Sequence record: KU726251.1
Reading direction: 5' to 3' (one strand)
DNA length: 64,000 nucleotides
Part shown: positions 63,223-64,000 of the stretch, piece by piece
How the letters are laid out: each line of letters starts with the position of its first letter
Position numbering within the stretch: the first letter of the stretch is position 1
Position numbers and translations under genes: made by a program
The notes under the pieces: model-generated
The model's input: only the letters and a program-made list of their open reading frames with translations
What the model was told of the DNA's origin: nothing
The model's database searches: none

Positions 63223-63644
63223 ATTATTTTTTAACCGGCTGGTTAAAGGGGGTCTAGGAGACGTCAGAAAACGATTAAGTGGTCTGGATGTAGGGTAGCT
63301 CGTTTTTGGCAGTTTATCGTTTTCTAGGGTCGGTTACGTGCGTTTTAGAGGGGGTTATGTATCGAGACAGAGAATTTATTTTTGTCGGGGCGAGGAAATT
63401 CAGGGAATGGGGATTCAGGATTGTATGTTTTTTAACCAGTTATTAAAAACGCTCTAGAAAGCGCTAGAACGAGATTTATACCTGACCCGGTACACTTGGG
63501 TTCCCCCTACCGAAAAATCGCGCCAGCGGGCCGTTGAGAGCGCGAGAGTGCCATCCCCGTTTCGGTTCCGAGGTGAGGGTCGCGGCCGGCGACGACGATC
63601 ACACGTTGGGTAGCACTTCGTGCCATGTCTGGGTGAAAACTGGA

Positions 63645-64000
63645 TCGTTCTGTAACCGACACACACTGTCGGTTACTTACGAGTTCTTTGGGTTGTTTAA
63701 CTCGCTCTAAAATCCCCCTTAGGGGATAATTTAATCTAATTCTCAAAATTTCTTTTTAAAACAATCACTTAGATTGTTTTTTAGATCGATCCTGTGGATC
63801 GGGTCGAAGACCCTTTCCTTATACGCGTGCGCGTGCGCACACCCGTATCCTCCAGGATCTTTTAAAATCAATCTAAGTGATTGTTTTAAAAAGAAATTTT
63901 GAGAATTAGATTAAATTATCCCCTAAGGGGGATTTTAGAGCGAGTTAAACAACCCAAAGAACTCGTAAGTAACCGACAGTGTGTGTCGGTTACAGAACGA
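63645..64000. repeat. Perfect inverted repeat, arms 63645-63776 and 63869-64000 (132 bp each, may extend past the window), 92-bp spacer
   Basis: The reverse complement of 63869-64000 matched 63645-63776 base for base when read by hand. Confidence 0.95.

Larger units (their letters stand above)
1..64000. mobile_element. Segment of a phiKZ-related jumbo myophage genome (SPN3US-like gene order)
   Basis: Split multisubunit virion RNAP genes, tape measure adjacent to RNAP beta'/beta, prohead protease, tube-sheath-terminase block; dense coding, no bacterial housekeeping context. Confidence 0.93.

Noticed and set aside
63454-63746. Short ORFs in the terminal non-coding region
   Set aside because: No RBS, atypical composition, and they overlap the structured repeat
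63645-64000. CRISPR array, IS terminal repeats or tRNA at the palindrome
   Set aside because: The repeats are inverted rather than direct with spacers, no transposase lies between the arms, and there is no tRNA cloverleaf with D/T-loop consensus

Overview
This window is a 64-kb segment of a phiKZ-related jumbo myophage genome. Gene order and protein motifs resemble what I recall of SPN3US-like enterobacterial giant phages; this is recognition, not a database result. Core genes: four virion RNA polymerase subunits, tape measure with a lytic transglycosylase domain, prohead protease, tail tube, tail sheath, terminase large subunit, RecA/UvsX, RNase H, a DEDDh exonuclease and ThyA. Accessory blocks include a tandem paralog array (6.6-10 kb) and nucleotide/ADP-ribose enzymes: NADAR-like, CYTH, two MazG-like, HAD, HD and an ART-like candidate. 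About 12 genes are split by apparent single-base deletions, most likely sequencing errors. Most interesting: (1) a stand-alone 62-aa gene reproducing the redox C-terminal tail of host NrdA; (2) a perfect inverted repeat of at least 132 bp with nested hairpins and a repeated 9-mer, in an ~800-bp non-coding region at the window end; (3) a DNA-ligase-like protein lacking the catalytic lysine; (4) a candidate dead MazG paralog. No tRNA, rRNA or CRISPR array was seen.
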